From: Terrimicrobiaceae bacterium
Lineage (GTDB): Bacteria > Verrucomicrobiota > Verrucomicrobiia > Chthoniobacterales > Terrimicrobiaceae
NCBI GenBank assembly: GCA_044375555.1
Contig: JBILML010000011.1
Location: 6,345 to 70,344 of the forward strand
Length of the DNA: 64,000 nt
Direction of reading: 5' to 3'
Part shown: positions 44,596-54,486 of the stretch, piece after piece
Position numbering within the stretch: position 1 is the first letter of the stretch
Layout: the number at the start of each line of letters is the position of its first letter
Program-made: the position numbers and the translations under genes
The notes under the pieces: model-generated
The model's database searches: none
What the model was told of the DNA's origin: nothing
The model's input: the letters and a program-made list of their open reading frames with translations, nothing else

Positions 44596-46032
44596 GTGAA
44601 TAAAAACGCAAATCCCATCGATGCAGGTTGGCGGTTCGATAATTCCTATGTGCGCCTGCCGGAGGAGTTGTTCATTCCTCAAAATCCCGAGCCGGTCGCG
44701 AGGCCCGCGTTGGTGGTTTTGAACCGAGCTCTCGCCGAGTCGATGGGTTTGGATGCCGACGCGTTGGAGGCCGAGGTTTTCGCGGGAAACAAAATTCCAC
44801 CGGGCGCGGAGCCGATTGCTCAGGCCTATGCGGGGCATCAATTCGGGAATTTCACGATGCTCGGCGACGGACGCGCGATTTTGCTCGGGGAGCATTTGAC
44901 GCCCGCTGGCGTCCGGCTTGATGTGCAGTTGAAGGGCTCGGGGCGGACGCCGTTTTCGCGGCGTGGTGACGGGCGTGCGGCGCTGGGGCCGATGCTCCGC
45001 GAATACATCATCAGCGAGGCGATGAACGGTCTGGGGATTCCATCCACGCGCAGTCTCGCGGTGGCGACGACTGGCGAAACGGTCAATCGCGACACGGCAT
45101 TGCCAGGCGCGGTGCTGACGCGGATCGCCGCGAGCCACATCCGCGTAGGGACTTTCGAGTATGTGGCGGCGACGCGGAATCTTGATGCGTTGCGCGCCCT
45201 CGCCGACCACACGCAAAAACGCCATTATCCAGACCTCGCTGTCGAGTCGCACCGGGCCTTGCTCGAAGCAATCATCGAACGCCAAGCGGCACTCGTCGCA
45301 CGGTGGATGCTGGTGGGTTTCATCCATGGGGTCATGAACACCGACAACATGGCGCTCTCCGGCGAGACGATCGACTACGGTCCCTGCGCGTTCATGGACA
45401 CCTACGACCCCGAGACGGTTTTCAGCTCGATCGACCGCCAGGGCCGCTACGCGTATGGAAATCAATCCCGGATTGCGCATTGGAACCTCGCCCGACTCGC
45501 CGAGACCTTCGTGCCCTTGCTCGATGACGACGAGCAACGCGGCGTCGAGATCGCCAAGGAAATCCTCGGAATTTTTCCGGAGCGCTTCGAATCCCATTGG
45601 CTCGGCGGGATGAGGGAGAAATTGGGTTTATTCAACGCGGAGAGCGAGGATTTGGGTTTGGCTGGTGAATTGCTCGAAATCATGGCGCGTGAACAATGGG
45701 ATTTCACAAACACCTTCCGAAATCTGAACCCCACCGCCGAAACTCCGGGCCTCGGCGCTTGGCAGGCAAAATGGCAGGCGAGACTTTCGCGACAACCCCA
45801 ACCGATCGAGGACGCCCTCGCGCGAATGCGCAAGTCGAACCCCGTCATCATTCCAAGAAACCACAAAGTCGAGGAAGCCCTCGCGGCAGCCGTCGATAGC
45901 GGCGATCTCCGTCCGATGCATCGCTTGCTCGAGGCATTAGCAAACCCCTTCGAGGAGAGTCCCGAAAAGCAAAACTACTGCGACCCTGCCCCTGCTGGCA
46001 GCGAGACGTATCAAACCTTCTGCGGGACTTAA
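44596..46032 (+). CDS. selO: Protein adenylyltransferase SelO (YdiU/UPF0061)
   Basis: The diagnostic blocks are AQAYAGHQFGNFTMLGDGRAILLGE, LKGSGRTPFSRRGDGRAALGPMLREYIISEAM and GFIHGVMNTDNMALSGETIDYGPCAFMD. Confidence 0.9.
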   Translation: MNKNANPIDAGWRFDNSYVRLPEELFIPQNPEPVARPALVVLNRALAESMGLDADALEAEVFAGNKIPPGAEPIAQAYAGHQFGNFTMLGDGRAILLGEHLTPAGVRLDVQLKGSGRTPFSRRGDGRAALGPMLREYIISEAMNGLGIPSTRSLAVATTGETVNRDTALPGAVLTRIAASHIRVGTFEYVAATRNLDALRALADHTQKRHYPDLAVESHRALLEAIIERQAALVARWMLVGFIHGVMNTDNMALSGETIDYGPCAFMDTYDPETVFSSIDRQGRYAYGNQSRIAHWNLARLAETFVPLLDDDEQRGVEIAKEILGIFPERFESHWLGGMREKLGLFNAESEDLGLAGELLEIMAREQWDFTNTFRNLNPTAETPGLGAWQAKWQARLSRQPQPIEDALARMRKSNPVIIPRNHKVEEALAAAVDSGDLRPMHRLLEALANPFEESPEKQNYCDPAPAGSETYQTFCGT

Positions 46033-46037
46033 TTGGC

Positions 46038-47372
46038 TTAAACCTTCGCCAATTCCTCGAGCACGGCTTTGTTAAGGCGGATGCCGAGGAGGAAGTTTTC
46101 GATCGGAAAGTTTTCGTCCGGGGCGTGGGCTTTGGCGTCGGGGGAGGCTAAGGCGAGCAGCAGGGCGGGGCGGCCGAGGATTCGCTGGAAATCGGTGAGA
46201 ATCGGAATCGAGCCGCCTTCGCGCATGAGGGCGGTTTTTTTCCCGAAGACTTTTTCAAGCGCGCGGCGAGCGGCGAGGCCTTCGGGGCTGTTCGGGTCGA
46301 GCATGAAAGGCTCGCCGCCGTGGCCGTCGATGAACTCCAGGCTCACTCCGCGTGGGCGGTGTTTTTCGAAATGGCGGCGGGCGAGAGCGAGGATTTCGTC
46401 GGGTTTTTGATCCGGCACGAGGCGGAAGGAGATTTTGAAGAAGGCGTGGGCGGGGAGGACGGTTTTGCTGCCTTCGCCTTGGTAACCGCCGCCGAGGCCG
46501 TTGATCTCGGCGGTTGGGCGGGCGCCGATGCGTTCCATGCCGGAATAGCCCGACTCGCCGGCGAGTTCCTCGACACCTGCTTCGCGGGCGATGTCGGCGT
46601 CGGTGAGCGGGGACTCGGCGGCGGCTTGGCGTTCCCACTCCGCGAGGGGTTTCACCTGGTCGTAAAATCCCTCAATCGCCACGCGGCCTTCGGAGTCATG
46701 CAGGCTGGCAATGAGGCGGGCGGCGGCGGTGGCGGGGTTCGCGACGGCGCCGCCGTAGATGCCGGAGTGCAAATCCTGAGCCGGGCCGTGCACGCGAACC
46801 TCCATCGTGGCGATGCCGCGCAGGCCGTAGCTGAGGGTGGGGTAGCCATCGACAGCCATGCCGGTGTCCGAAATCGCGATGGCGTCGCAGGCGAGTTCGG
46901 CGCGGTGTTTTTCCAGAAACCCCGCGAGATGTTTGCTGCCGATCTCCTCCTCGCCCTCGATGAGGAAAATCACATTCACGGGCAGTGATCCTTCGGCAAG
47001 CGCCTCGCCGACGCCGAGGATGTGCGCGAGGATTTGGCCTTTGTTGTCCGAGGAACCGCGCCCGAAAATCCTCCCTTCGCGAATCGCGGGTTCGAAGGGC
47101 GGGGTGGTCCAGAGTTCGAGCGGTTCGGGGGGTTGGACATCGTAGTGGCCGTAAATCAGAACGGTTTTTTTGGCGGGGTCGCGCGGGGTTTTTCCGACGA
47201 CCACCGGGTTGCCGGCGGTTTCCTCGCAGCGGGCGTCGAGGCCTAGAGAGCGCAATTTTTCCACCAACCAAACGGCGCAGCGCCCCATGTCCGCCGCATG
47301 CGCGGCTTGCGCCGAAACGCTTGGGATGGCGACAAATTCCAGCAATTCCTGAACTCTCGGGTCTGTATTCAT
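46038..47372 (-). CDS. M20 family metallopeptidase (dipeptidase/ArgE-DapE-like)
   Basis: The motifs are VLIYGHYDVQP, GRGSSDNKG and IFLIEGEEEIGS. The protein is 444 aa long. Confidence 0.85.
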   Translation of the reverse strand: MNTDPRVQELLEFVAIPSVSAQAAHAADMGRCAVWLVEKLRSLGLDARCEETAGNPVVVGKTPRDPAKKTVLIYGHYDVQPPEPLELWTTPPFEPAIREGRIFGRGSSDNKGQILAHILGVGEALAEGSLPVNVIFLIEGEEEIGSKHLAGFLEKHRAELACDAIAISDTGMAVDGYPTLSYGLRGIATMEVRVHGPAQDLHSGIYGGAVANPATAAARLIASLHDSEGRVAIEGFYDQVKPLAEWERQAAAESPLTDADIAREAGVEELAGESGYSGMERIGARPTAEINGLGGGYQGEGSKTVLPAHAFFKISFRLVPDQKPDEILALARRHFEKHRPRGVSLEFIDGHGGEPFMLDPNSPEGLAARRALEKVFGKKTALMREGGSIPILTDFQRILGRPALLLALASPDAKAHAPDENFPIENFLLGIRLNKAVLEELAKV

Positions 47373-47480
47373 AATCTATATGTTGTGGTTGGCGAAACTT
47401 TGCTCCACCGGATGTTGTATTTTTGTCCTTGCCCGATCCGGCGTCATTTCTAACCTTCCCGAAACCTAACCAAGCCCGCC

Positions 47481-50400
47481 ATGTATCTGCAATCCCTCGA
47501 AATCATCGGTTTCAAATCCTTCGCCGCAAAAACCGTCCTGAATTTCCACCGCGGCGTCACCGCGATTGTCGGACCGAATGGTTGCGGCAAATCGAATGTC
47601 CTCGACGCGATGCGTTGGGTGCTCGGCGAGCAATCGGCGAAGGCGCTCCGAGGTGGCGAAATGGCGGACGTCATTTTCAGCGGCACCGACAGCCGGCCCG
47701 CGCTGGGCATGGCGGAAGTCTCGATGACTTTCTCGGAATGCGAAAAAGAACTCGGCACGGATTGGAACGAGGTCCGCATCACGCGCCGCGTCTACCGCGA
47801 TGGCAAGAGTGAGTATTTTCTTAATAAAACTTCCTGCCGCCTGCGCGATATTCACCAACTCTTCATGGATACCGGCGTGGGCCGCAGCGCCTACTCGATC
47901 ATGGAGCAGGGGAAGATCGACCAAATCCTCAGCAACCGCCCGGAGGACCGCCGCGCGATTTTTGAGGAGGCCGCCGGCATCACGAAATTCAAGGCCCAGA
48001 AAAAAGAGGCTCTCCGCAAACTCGAATACACCGAGTCGAATCTCGTGCGCGTGCAGGACATCATCAAAGAGGTGAAGCGCCAGATCGGTTCGTTGCAGCG
48101 CCAGGCGGCGAAAGCCCGCCGATACCAATCGATCCTCAACGACCTCCGGGTTTTCGACACCCACCTTTCGCATAAAAACTACCGTGCGCTTTCGACCGAA
48201 CTCGAATCGCTCCGCGCCCAACTCAACCAAGGCGAAGAGGCCCGCCAGATCCACGAGGTCGAGATCGCGCAGCAGGAGGTCGAACTCGACACCTTCCGCC
48301 AACGCCTCCAGGAAATCGAAGCCGAGGCCGGCACAATCCGCGACGGCATGCAAACGCTCCGCAACCGGGTTTTCTCGGCCGAAAATCGCATTTCAACCAA
48401 CCATGAGCGCACCGCCGAGTCTTCGGCGCTGATCGAGCGGCACCGTCTGGATATTTTCCAAGCCGAGGAAAAAATCCGCACCCAGCAGGAGCAGATCGAG
48501 CAGACCGACTCGCTGCTCCAGCAAATGATCGAGAGCCTCCGCACCCACCAGTCGACGCTCGACGAGCATACCGCACGACTTAACGAAGTTCGCGAGGAAC
48601 GCATCGCCGCCGAGCGCGAACTCTCCTCGCAAAGTTCCGAACTTTCCAATGCTGAGGCGCGTCTCAACTCGCTGCGCGGCGAAATTTCCTCCGCCACCGG
48701 ACGCCGCGAATCGGGAGAAACCCGCCTCCATCTTTTGCAGAACGAGATCGAAGCCGCCTCTCGCGCCGCAGCCGAAGTTTCCTCGCACCTCGAGGATCTC
48801 AAGCGCCGTTCCGACGCGGCCCATCTGGCGCTGGAACATTCCCAAGCCGAAACCTCCGCCGCCATGGCGGACCACGAGACCGCCCAGCACCAGCGCCAAG
48901 ATACCGAGGCCATCCTCAACGCCGCTGGAAAAGACGCCGCCGGCATCGAGTCGCGCCTCGAGGTTTTGCGTCAACTCCAAGAACAAGGCGAGGGGCTCGA
49001 CGAGGGAACCCAAGCGATCCTGCGTGGACTCGATAATCCCGATCTCTACCACGCCGCCATCAAGGGCACACTCGTCCAACACATCCAAGTCGAGGAGCGC
49101 CTGATCCCGGCCATCGAAGCCGCGCTCGGCTCGGCTCTCCAAGCGGTGATTTTTAAAGACATCGCCGTCGCCGAGACCGCTCTCTCCACGCTCGCCGGCC
49201 AAAAGCTCGGCCGCGCCACTGTCATTCCCGCCGAGTGGATTTCCTCCGATTCCGTAGGACAGGCGTCCCGCCTGTCACCCGACCTCATCGATGGCGGCCG
49301 GGACGACCGCCCCACATCCCTTCCCTTCGGCGTCTTTGGCCGCGCCAGCGATTGCGTGAAAGGCGACGGCGAGGGAGCGATTCTTGCGCGTCAACTTCTC
49401 CGCGATGTCCTGATTGTCGAAAACCTCGAAGCCGCCTTCCGCATGCGCTCTGAGCATCCCCACTTCGCCTTCGCAGCGTTGGAGGGAGGTTTCATCTCCC
49501 GCTCCGGCATCATTCACGGCGGAGCCACTGGGGAGAATGCTGGCCAATCCACACTCCAGCGTAAAATTCGCATCACTGAACTCGATGCCTCCCTCGCTGA
49601 GGCGACCTCGAAAATCGAATCCCTCGCCGTCGCCCGCGCCGCCGCCGTGAGTGCGATGGATCAAGCTACCGACCGTCTTAAGCATGCCCGCGAAGCCATG
49701 AACGCCGCCCAAGTGGAATCCGCTTCGGTGGACAACGAGCGCCGACACGCCGAGCGCCAACTCGCAGACGCCGAGGCCAAGCGCGCCTCGTTCCAGCGCG
49801 AGGCCGCCAGCATCGAGGAGGGACTTCGCGGAAGCCTCGCCCAACTTTCCGAACTCGAATCCCGCATTGCCGAAACCACCTGCTCGCTCGACTCGCTCCG
49901 CTCCGCCCGCTCGGAATGCGAGGCCCGCATCCAGGTCGTCCGCGAGCGCGAAAGCTCCGCCAGCGACGCCCTCAATGAAATTCGTGTCCGCGTCGCCACC
50001 GAGCGCCAGCAGCAGGAAGGCCTCCATCGCCAGCGCGGCCCCATGTCCGCCCGCATCGTGGAACTCAACGAACTCCTCGACGCCCGCCGCGTGGATATTT
50101 CCAACTACGAATCCCGCCTCGAATCACTCGCTGCCGAAAACGCCTCCCTCGAAATCTCCATCGGCGAATGGCGCGCGGAACTCGAATCCGAAGAATCCCG
50201 CCTGAGCGCCGTCCTCGCCCAGCGCTCCGAGGTGAACGAAAGTGCCTCCGCGCTCGAATCCGCCCTTCGCGCCGCCCGCCAACAACTCGCCAGCCTGCAA
50301 GACCAGCGCAGTCGCATTGAGGTCAAGGCCGCCCAATCCGAGATGCGAATGGAAAACATCCGCAGCCATGTTTCCCAGCGCTACCAGACCGACCTCGAAG

Positions 50401-51332
50401 CATTCGAGCCTGACACCTACGGCCTCCTCGTTGCCTTTCGCGACCGTGCGAAACGCAAGCCTGAATCCGCCGAAGGCGAGACCCTTTCCGCCGAGGCGCC
50501 CGTCGCCGAAGAGGAGCTACCCGCCGAGCCAATCGCCATGCCCAGCGAGGGCGAGGGGATTCCTTGGGATCACATGGAGGAACTCGTCGCCGAACTCACC
50601 GAACGCCTCGATTCCATGGGCCCCGTCAATGTCGATGCCATCCAAGAATTCGAAGAACTCGAGGAGCGCTACATTTTCCTCGAAAAACAAAACGCCGACC
50701 TCGTGTCCTCCAAGGCCGAGTTGCTCGAAGTCATCTCGAAGATCAACCACACCACGAAAACCCTCTTCGCCGAGACCTTCGAAAAAATTCGCGAGAATTT
50801 CCAAGTTATGTTCACTGAGCTTTTCGGCGGCGGCCGCGCGAACCTCATGCTCATGGACGACTCCGACCCGCTCGAGAGCGGCATCGAGATCATCGCCAAG
50901 CCGCCCGGCAAGCAACTCCAGAGCATCAGCCTCCTCTCCGGCGGTGAGCGCACCATGACGGCCGTTTCGCTCCTTTTCGCCATCTACATGGTCAAGCCCA
51001 GCCCATTCTGCGTGCTCGACGAAATGGACGCCCCGCTCGACGAATCGAACATCACCCGCTTCATCAAAATCCTCGACCGCTTCGTGGACCAAAGCCAGTT
51101 CGTTACGATCACCCACAACAAGCGCACGATCTCCCGCGCCGACATGCTCTACGGCGTCACGATGGAAGAACACGGCATTAGCAAACTCGTCAGCGTGCGC
51201 TTCAGCAACTCCACCGACGACCGCGCCAAATCCTCGGAGAGCGTCGCCAAAGCTTTCGGAAAATCCGAAAACCTCGCCAGCGAAGAACCCGCCGCTGAGT
51301 CCGGCGATAAAGCGGAAACTTCCCTCATTTAA
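47481..51332 (+). CDS. smc: Chromosome segregation protein SMC
   Basis: The N-terminal Walker A region is MYLQSLEIIGFKSFA...IVGPNGCGKSNVLDA. Long coiled coils and a hinge follow. The C-terminal signature is LSGGERTMTAVSLLFA, and Walker B is FCVLDEMDAPLDE. Confidence 0.95.
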   Translation: MYLQSLEIIGFKSFAAKTVLNFHRGVTAIVGPNGCGKSNVLDAMRWVLGEQSAKALRGGEMADVIFSGTDSRPALGMAEVSMTFSECEKELGTDWNEVRITRRVYRDGKSEYFLNKTSCRLRDIHQLFMDTGVGRSAYSIMEQGKIDQILSNRPEDRRAIFEEAAGITKFKAQKKEALRKLEYTESNLVRVQDIIKEVKRQIGSLQRQAAKARRYQSILNDLRVFDTHLSHKNYRALSTELESLRAQLNQGEEARQIHEVEIAQQEVELDTFRQRLQEIEAEAGTIRDGMQTLRNRVFSAENRISTNHERTAESSALIERHRLDIFQAEEKIRTQQEQIEQTDSLLQQMIESLRTHQSTLDEHTARLNEVREERIAAERELSSQSSELSNAEARLNSLRGEISSATGRRESGETRLHLLQNEIEAASRAAAEVSSHLEDLKRRSDAAHLALEHSQAETSAAMADHETAQHQRQDTEAILNAAGKDAAGIESRLEVLRQLQEQGEGLDEGTQAILRGLDNPDLYHAAIKGTLVQHIQVEERLIPAIEAALGSALQAVIFKDIAVAETALSTLAGQKLGRATVIPAEWISSDSVGQASRLSPDLIDGGRDDRPTSLPFGVFGRASDCVKGDGEGAILARQLLRDVLIVENLEAAFRMRSEHPHFAFAALEGGFISRSGIIHGGATGENAGQSTLQRKIRITELDASLAEATSKIESLAVARAAAVSAMDQATDRLKHAREAMNAAQVESASVDNERRHAERQLADAEAKRASFQREAASIEEGLRGSLAQLSELESRIAETTCSLDSLRSARSECEARIQVVRERESSASDALNEIRVRVATERQQQEGLHRQRGPMSARIVELNELLDARRVDISNYESRLESLAAENASLEISIGEWRAELESEESRLSAVLAQRSEVNESASALESALRAARQQLASLQDQRSRIEVKAAQSEMRMENIRSHVSQRYQTDLEAFEPDTYGLLVAFRDRAKRKPESAEGETLSAEAPVAEEELPAEPIAMPSEGEGIPWDHMEELVAELTERLDSMGPVNVDAIQEFEELEERYIFLEKQNADLVSSKAELLEVISKINHTTKTLFAETFEKIRENFQVMFTELFGGGRANLMLMDDSDPLESGIEIIAKPPGKQLQSISLLSGGERTMTAVSLLFAIYMVKPSPFCVLDEMDAPLDESNITRFIKILDRFVDQSQFVTITHNKRTISRADMLYGVTMEEHGISKLVSVRFSNSTDDRAKSSESVAKAFGKSENLASEEPAAESGDKAETSLI

Positions 51333-51430
51333 TCCCAATACTCCCAACCGCGACGGGCCCCAAGCACGACGGTGAGGAGAAAAACCATCTTGACGCATGC
51401 CAAGCCCATCACTAATTTCCGCTCCACTCT

Positions 51431-51503
<73 letters not shown>

Positions 51504-51714
51504 CTCCCCCTCCTTTCTCAAAGAGCTTTTTCAGCGCTGTCGATTAAGTCTCTAGATCCCAAGAAGGCTTGATGGCGTTGAGCGATGAAATTTGATTCTC
51601 CAAGACCTTTGCTTTTGCGGGACTTGGCTCAAGGTTTAGGGTTACATGAAGTGCATTCGTTGCGGCTCAGAGAGTCGATTTCCGAGCGTGAAAAACCAAA
51701 AGTGACCCAAGCCA

Positions 51715-54486
51715 ATGCTTGAACGAATTTTCTTAAAGAAGCGTGAGGCTCTGGCGTCGCAAGTCGCCGAGAATTTGCTGAGGAGCGGTGCCCGGGATCT
51801 TAGTCGGGTGGAGGTGTGGATTCCGACTGCGGGGGCGGGGAGGAGAATTCGGAGCGCGCTGGCGGAGTCGGGGGTGCTCTCGCCGCGATTCACACAGCCG
51901 ATGCGTGCTCTTTTGCCAAATGAGTGTCGGATGGCCGAGAGATTCGAGCGCGAAGGCGCCTGGGCGCTGGCTTTGGGGAAATTGGATCATCAATTTCTGG
52001 AGCCGCTTTTTTCCGATGCCAAATGGGATTCCGAGGGTTCGCGCCTGAAAAGTGGCGGTGTCCTTTGCGATCTGTGTGATTTGTTAGCGGAGGCGGGTTG
52101 GAGCCCATCGCACCCTCGAATGAGGGAGGTATGCGGCGAGGACTCGGCGCGGTGGGATGTGCTGGGACGGATTTATCCCTGCTACCTTGCCGCATTGGAG
52201 GATTTCGGTTTGACCGATCCGAATGAGGCCCGCTTCGCTGAAATGGCCAACCCTTCGCGTGTGGGTGAGGTGGATCGTTTGGTCATCGCCTGCATTCCCG
52301 ACCTGCCGCTGGCTGCCCAGCGATACGCTGAGGCGTTGGAATCGCGTGGAGTCCAGACCGAGGTGCTCGTGTGGCTTCCGGAGGGCTTGGGTGGCGGCTT
52401 CGATCCTTGGGGGCGGCCGGATCCTCTGGAGTGGGAGGAGTGCCGGTTGGAGGTTGAGTTGAGCCAGATCTCTGCGGCGCGGTCTCCGGAGGATGAAGCC
52501 CGACTCGCCATCAACTTTGCTGTTTCATCCCCTGTTTCTGGCGACTACGCGGTGGTTCTCGCAGATCCGAAGCTTGGCATGACATTTCGGAGTGAGATCG
52601 AGTCTCGCGGCGGCGCGGCGTTTCTGCCGGATGGCATTCGGTTGGAATTGAGCGAGCCTGGAGTTCTTGCGCTGGAATGGGCTCGGTTTCGCTCTTCGGG
52701 CGAGTTGCGAGTGTTGCGCCGACTGATCGAGTTGCCGCATTTCAGTCGCGTCTTGCGTGGCGATTCAGAACTCAAAAACGATGACTGTCTCGCGGTGTGC
52801 GACTTTCTGATCGGCGAAGCTGTTCTTTCTGAGATGCCGCAAGCCGAGGCTTTCGTGGGAGTGGAGTTCGATCCTAAAAAAGACAAATCCAAGCGCCGCG
52901 CGCAGGCGGTGATTTTTATCCAGTTAGTGAAATCCCTTCTTTCCCTGACGGTGCCCGAATTGCTTGCCAAGGCCTGGCGCTCGGGTGGCGAGAGTCTCGA
53001 GGCGGCACGGTCGGTGGCTGAACTCTACGAGACCATTGAGGCATCTCCGCTCTATCGCGACGAAGGGGAGGGGGTGGATCAGGCTTTCGCACGCGCTCTG
53101 AAGTCCGAAATGGTTTTCAACTCGTCGAATCCCGGAGAGGTGGAATTGTCAGGCTGGTTGGAGGCCCCGTGGATTGAGGCTCGGAGACTGGCTTTGGGAG
53201 GTTGTGCGGAGGGCTTCCTGCCTTCCTCGGTGAACGGACACCCATTTCTTCCCGACTCTAAAAGGAGCTCCTTGGGACTCGCGGACAATGCGGCGAGGTT
53301 CGCCCGCGACGCATATCTTTTCCAGTGCCTGTTGCTCACACGCTCGCCAGAGGAATTTCCTATTTCATTCAGCCGATTCGATGGCGAGGGGAGCCCGGCC
53401 CTGCCTTCTCGTCTCCTCTTGCGTTGCGGCGAAGACGCGCTGCCTGAGCGGGTGATCGAGCTTTTCGGCGAACTGCCGAGAGGCGCCCGGCGTCCACGAC
53501 GCTCGAACGATTGGCGATGGACCCTGCCTGCCGCGATGCGCCGGACTGTTGTCAAAATGAGTCCGACGGACTTCGGGCAATATCTCGCCTGTCCCTTCCG
53601 ATTTTATCTGAGCAGGGTTCTTTGGCTCGATGCCTTCCATTCGGATGCGCGCGAGATGGATGCCAAACTCTTCGGGACTCTTGTGCACGAAGCTCTCGAA
53701 AAATACGGAACAGAAACTCCGCTTGAGGCCGATGCCGCCAAAATCGAGCACTTGGTATTGGGATATTTGGAGTCATCCGTGAAGCGGCTATTCGGTTCGT
53801 CGCCATCGCCTGCCGTGCGCGTCCAAATAGCAGCCGCCCAAATGCGATTGAGGAGTTTTGCGCGAGTTCAGACCGAGCAGTTCGCGGCCGGTTGGCGGAT
53901 CGTGTCGGCCGAACGCAAGCTCGAGGCTGATGCGGAAAATCCATTTCAGGTCGGCCCGCTGAACCTCTCAGGGAAAATCGACCGCATCGAAAAAAATGAG
54001 CTAACCGGGGAATGGCGTGTCCTGGACTACAAAACCCACCCGAAAGCGACGCTGCCCGGAAAAAAGCATTTTGGCCCGCGACTTTCCAGCGAGTGGTTGC
54101 CGTCGGCTGAGCTCGAATTCCACAATGGCAAGCGACAGGTCAAAAAGCGCTGGGCCGATCTCCAACTCCCCCTCTACAGCCAAATTCTGCGCCATTGGCA
54201 CGGTGCCGAAATTGGCGACGCGCCCGTTCTCACAGCGTATTTCACCCTGTCAGCTGATCCCTCGGAGACATCGGTGAAGAATTTCACCGAACTCCATGAT
54301 GAGGTCCTGGCCTCCTCGTTGGAATGTGCCAAGGAAATCGCTGGCTTGGTCCACCGGGGTGTCTTCTGGCCACCCCAGCCTTTCAAGACCTCGTGGGATG
54401 ATCCGTTCAAGGCACTTTTTTTGAATGGAAATCCGGAGAACTGCGTTGCGATGGAGACCGTGGAATTTTTGAAGGGTCGAAAATGA
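51715..54486 (+). CDS. AddB/RexB-like helicase-nuclease subunit (inactive helicase-like N-terminus, C-terminal PD-(D/E)XK nuclease)
   Basis: The C-terminal nuclease blocks are SPTDFGQYLACPFRFYL, FGTLVHEALE, GKIDRIE and WRVLDYKT. I see no Walker A. The stop overlaps the AddA-like start (ATGA at 54483-54486). Confidence 0.7.
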   Translation: MLERIFLKKREALASQVAENLLRSGARDLSRVEVWIPTAGAGRRIRSALAESGVLSPRFTQPMRALLPNECRMAERFEREGAWALALGKLDHQFLEPLFSDAKWDSEGSRLKSGGVLCDLCDLLAEAGWSPSHPRMREVCGEDSARWDVLGRIYPCYLAALEDFGLTDPNEARFAEMANPSRVGEVDRLVIACIPDLPLAAQRYAEALESRGVQTEVLVWLPEGLGGGFDPWGRPDPLEWEECRLEVELSQISAARSPEDEARLAINFAVSSPVSGDYAVVLADPKLGMTFRSEIESRGGAAFLPDGIRLELSEPGVLALEWARFRSSGELRVLRRLIELPHFSRVLRGDSELKNDDCLAVCDFLIGEAVLSEMPQAEAFVGVEFDPKKDKSKRRAQAVIFIQLVKSLLSLTVPELLAKAWRSGGESLEAARSVAELYETIEASPLYRDEGEGVDQAFARALKSEMVFNSSNPGEVELSGWLEAPWIEARRLALGGCAEGFLPSSVNGHPFLPDSKRSSLGLADNAARFARDAYLFQCLLLTRSPEEFPISFSRFDGEGSPALPSRLLLRCGEDALPERVIELFGELPRGARRPRRSNDWRWTLPAAMRRTVVKMSPTDFGQYLACPFRFYLSRVLWLDAFHSDAREMDAKLFGTLVHEALEKYGTETPLEADAAKIEHLVLGYLESSVKRLFGSSPSPAVRVQIAAAQMRLRSFARVQTEQFAAGWRIVSAERKLEADAENPFQVGPLNLSGKIDRIEKNELTGEWRVLDYKTHPKATLPGKKHFGPRLSSEWLPSAELEFHNGKRQVKKRWADLQLPLYSQILRHWHGAEIGDAPVLTAYFTLSADPSETSVKNFTELHDEVLASSLECAKEIAGLVHRGVFWPPQPFKTSWDDPFKALFLNGNPENCVAMETVEFLKGRK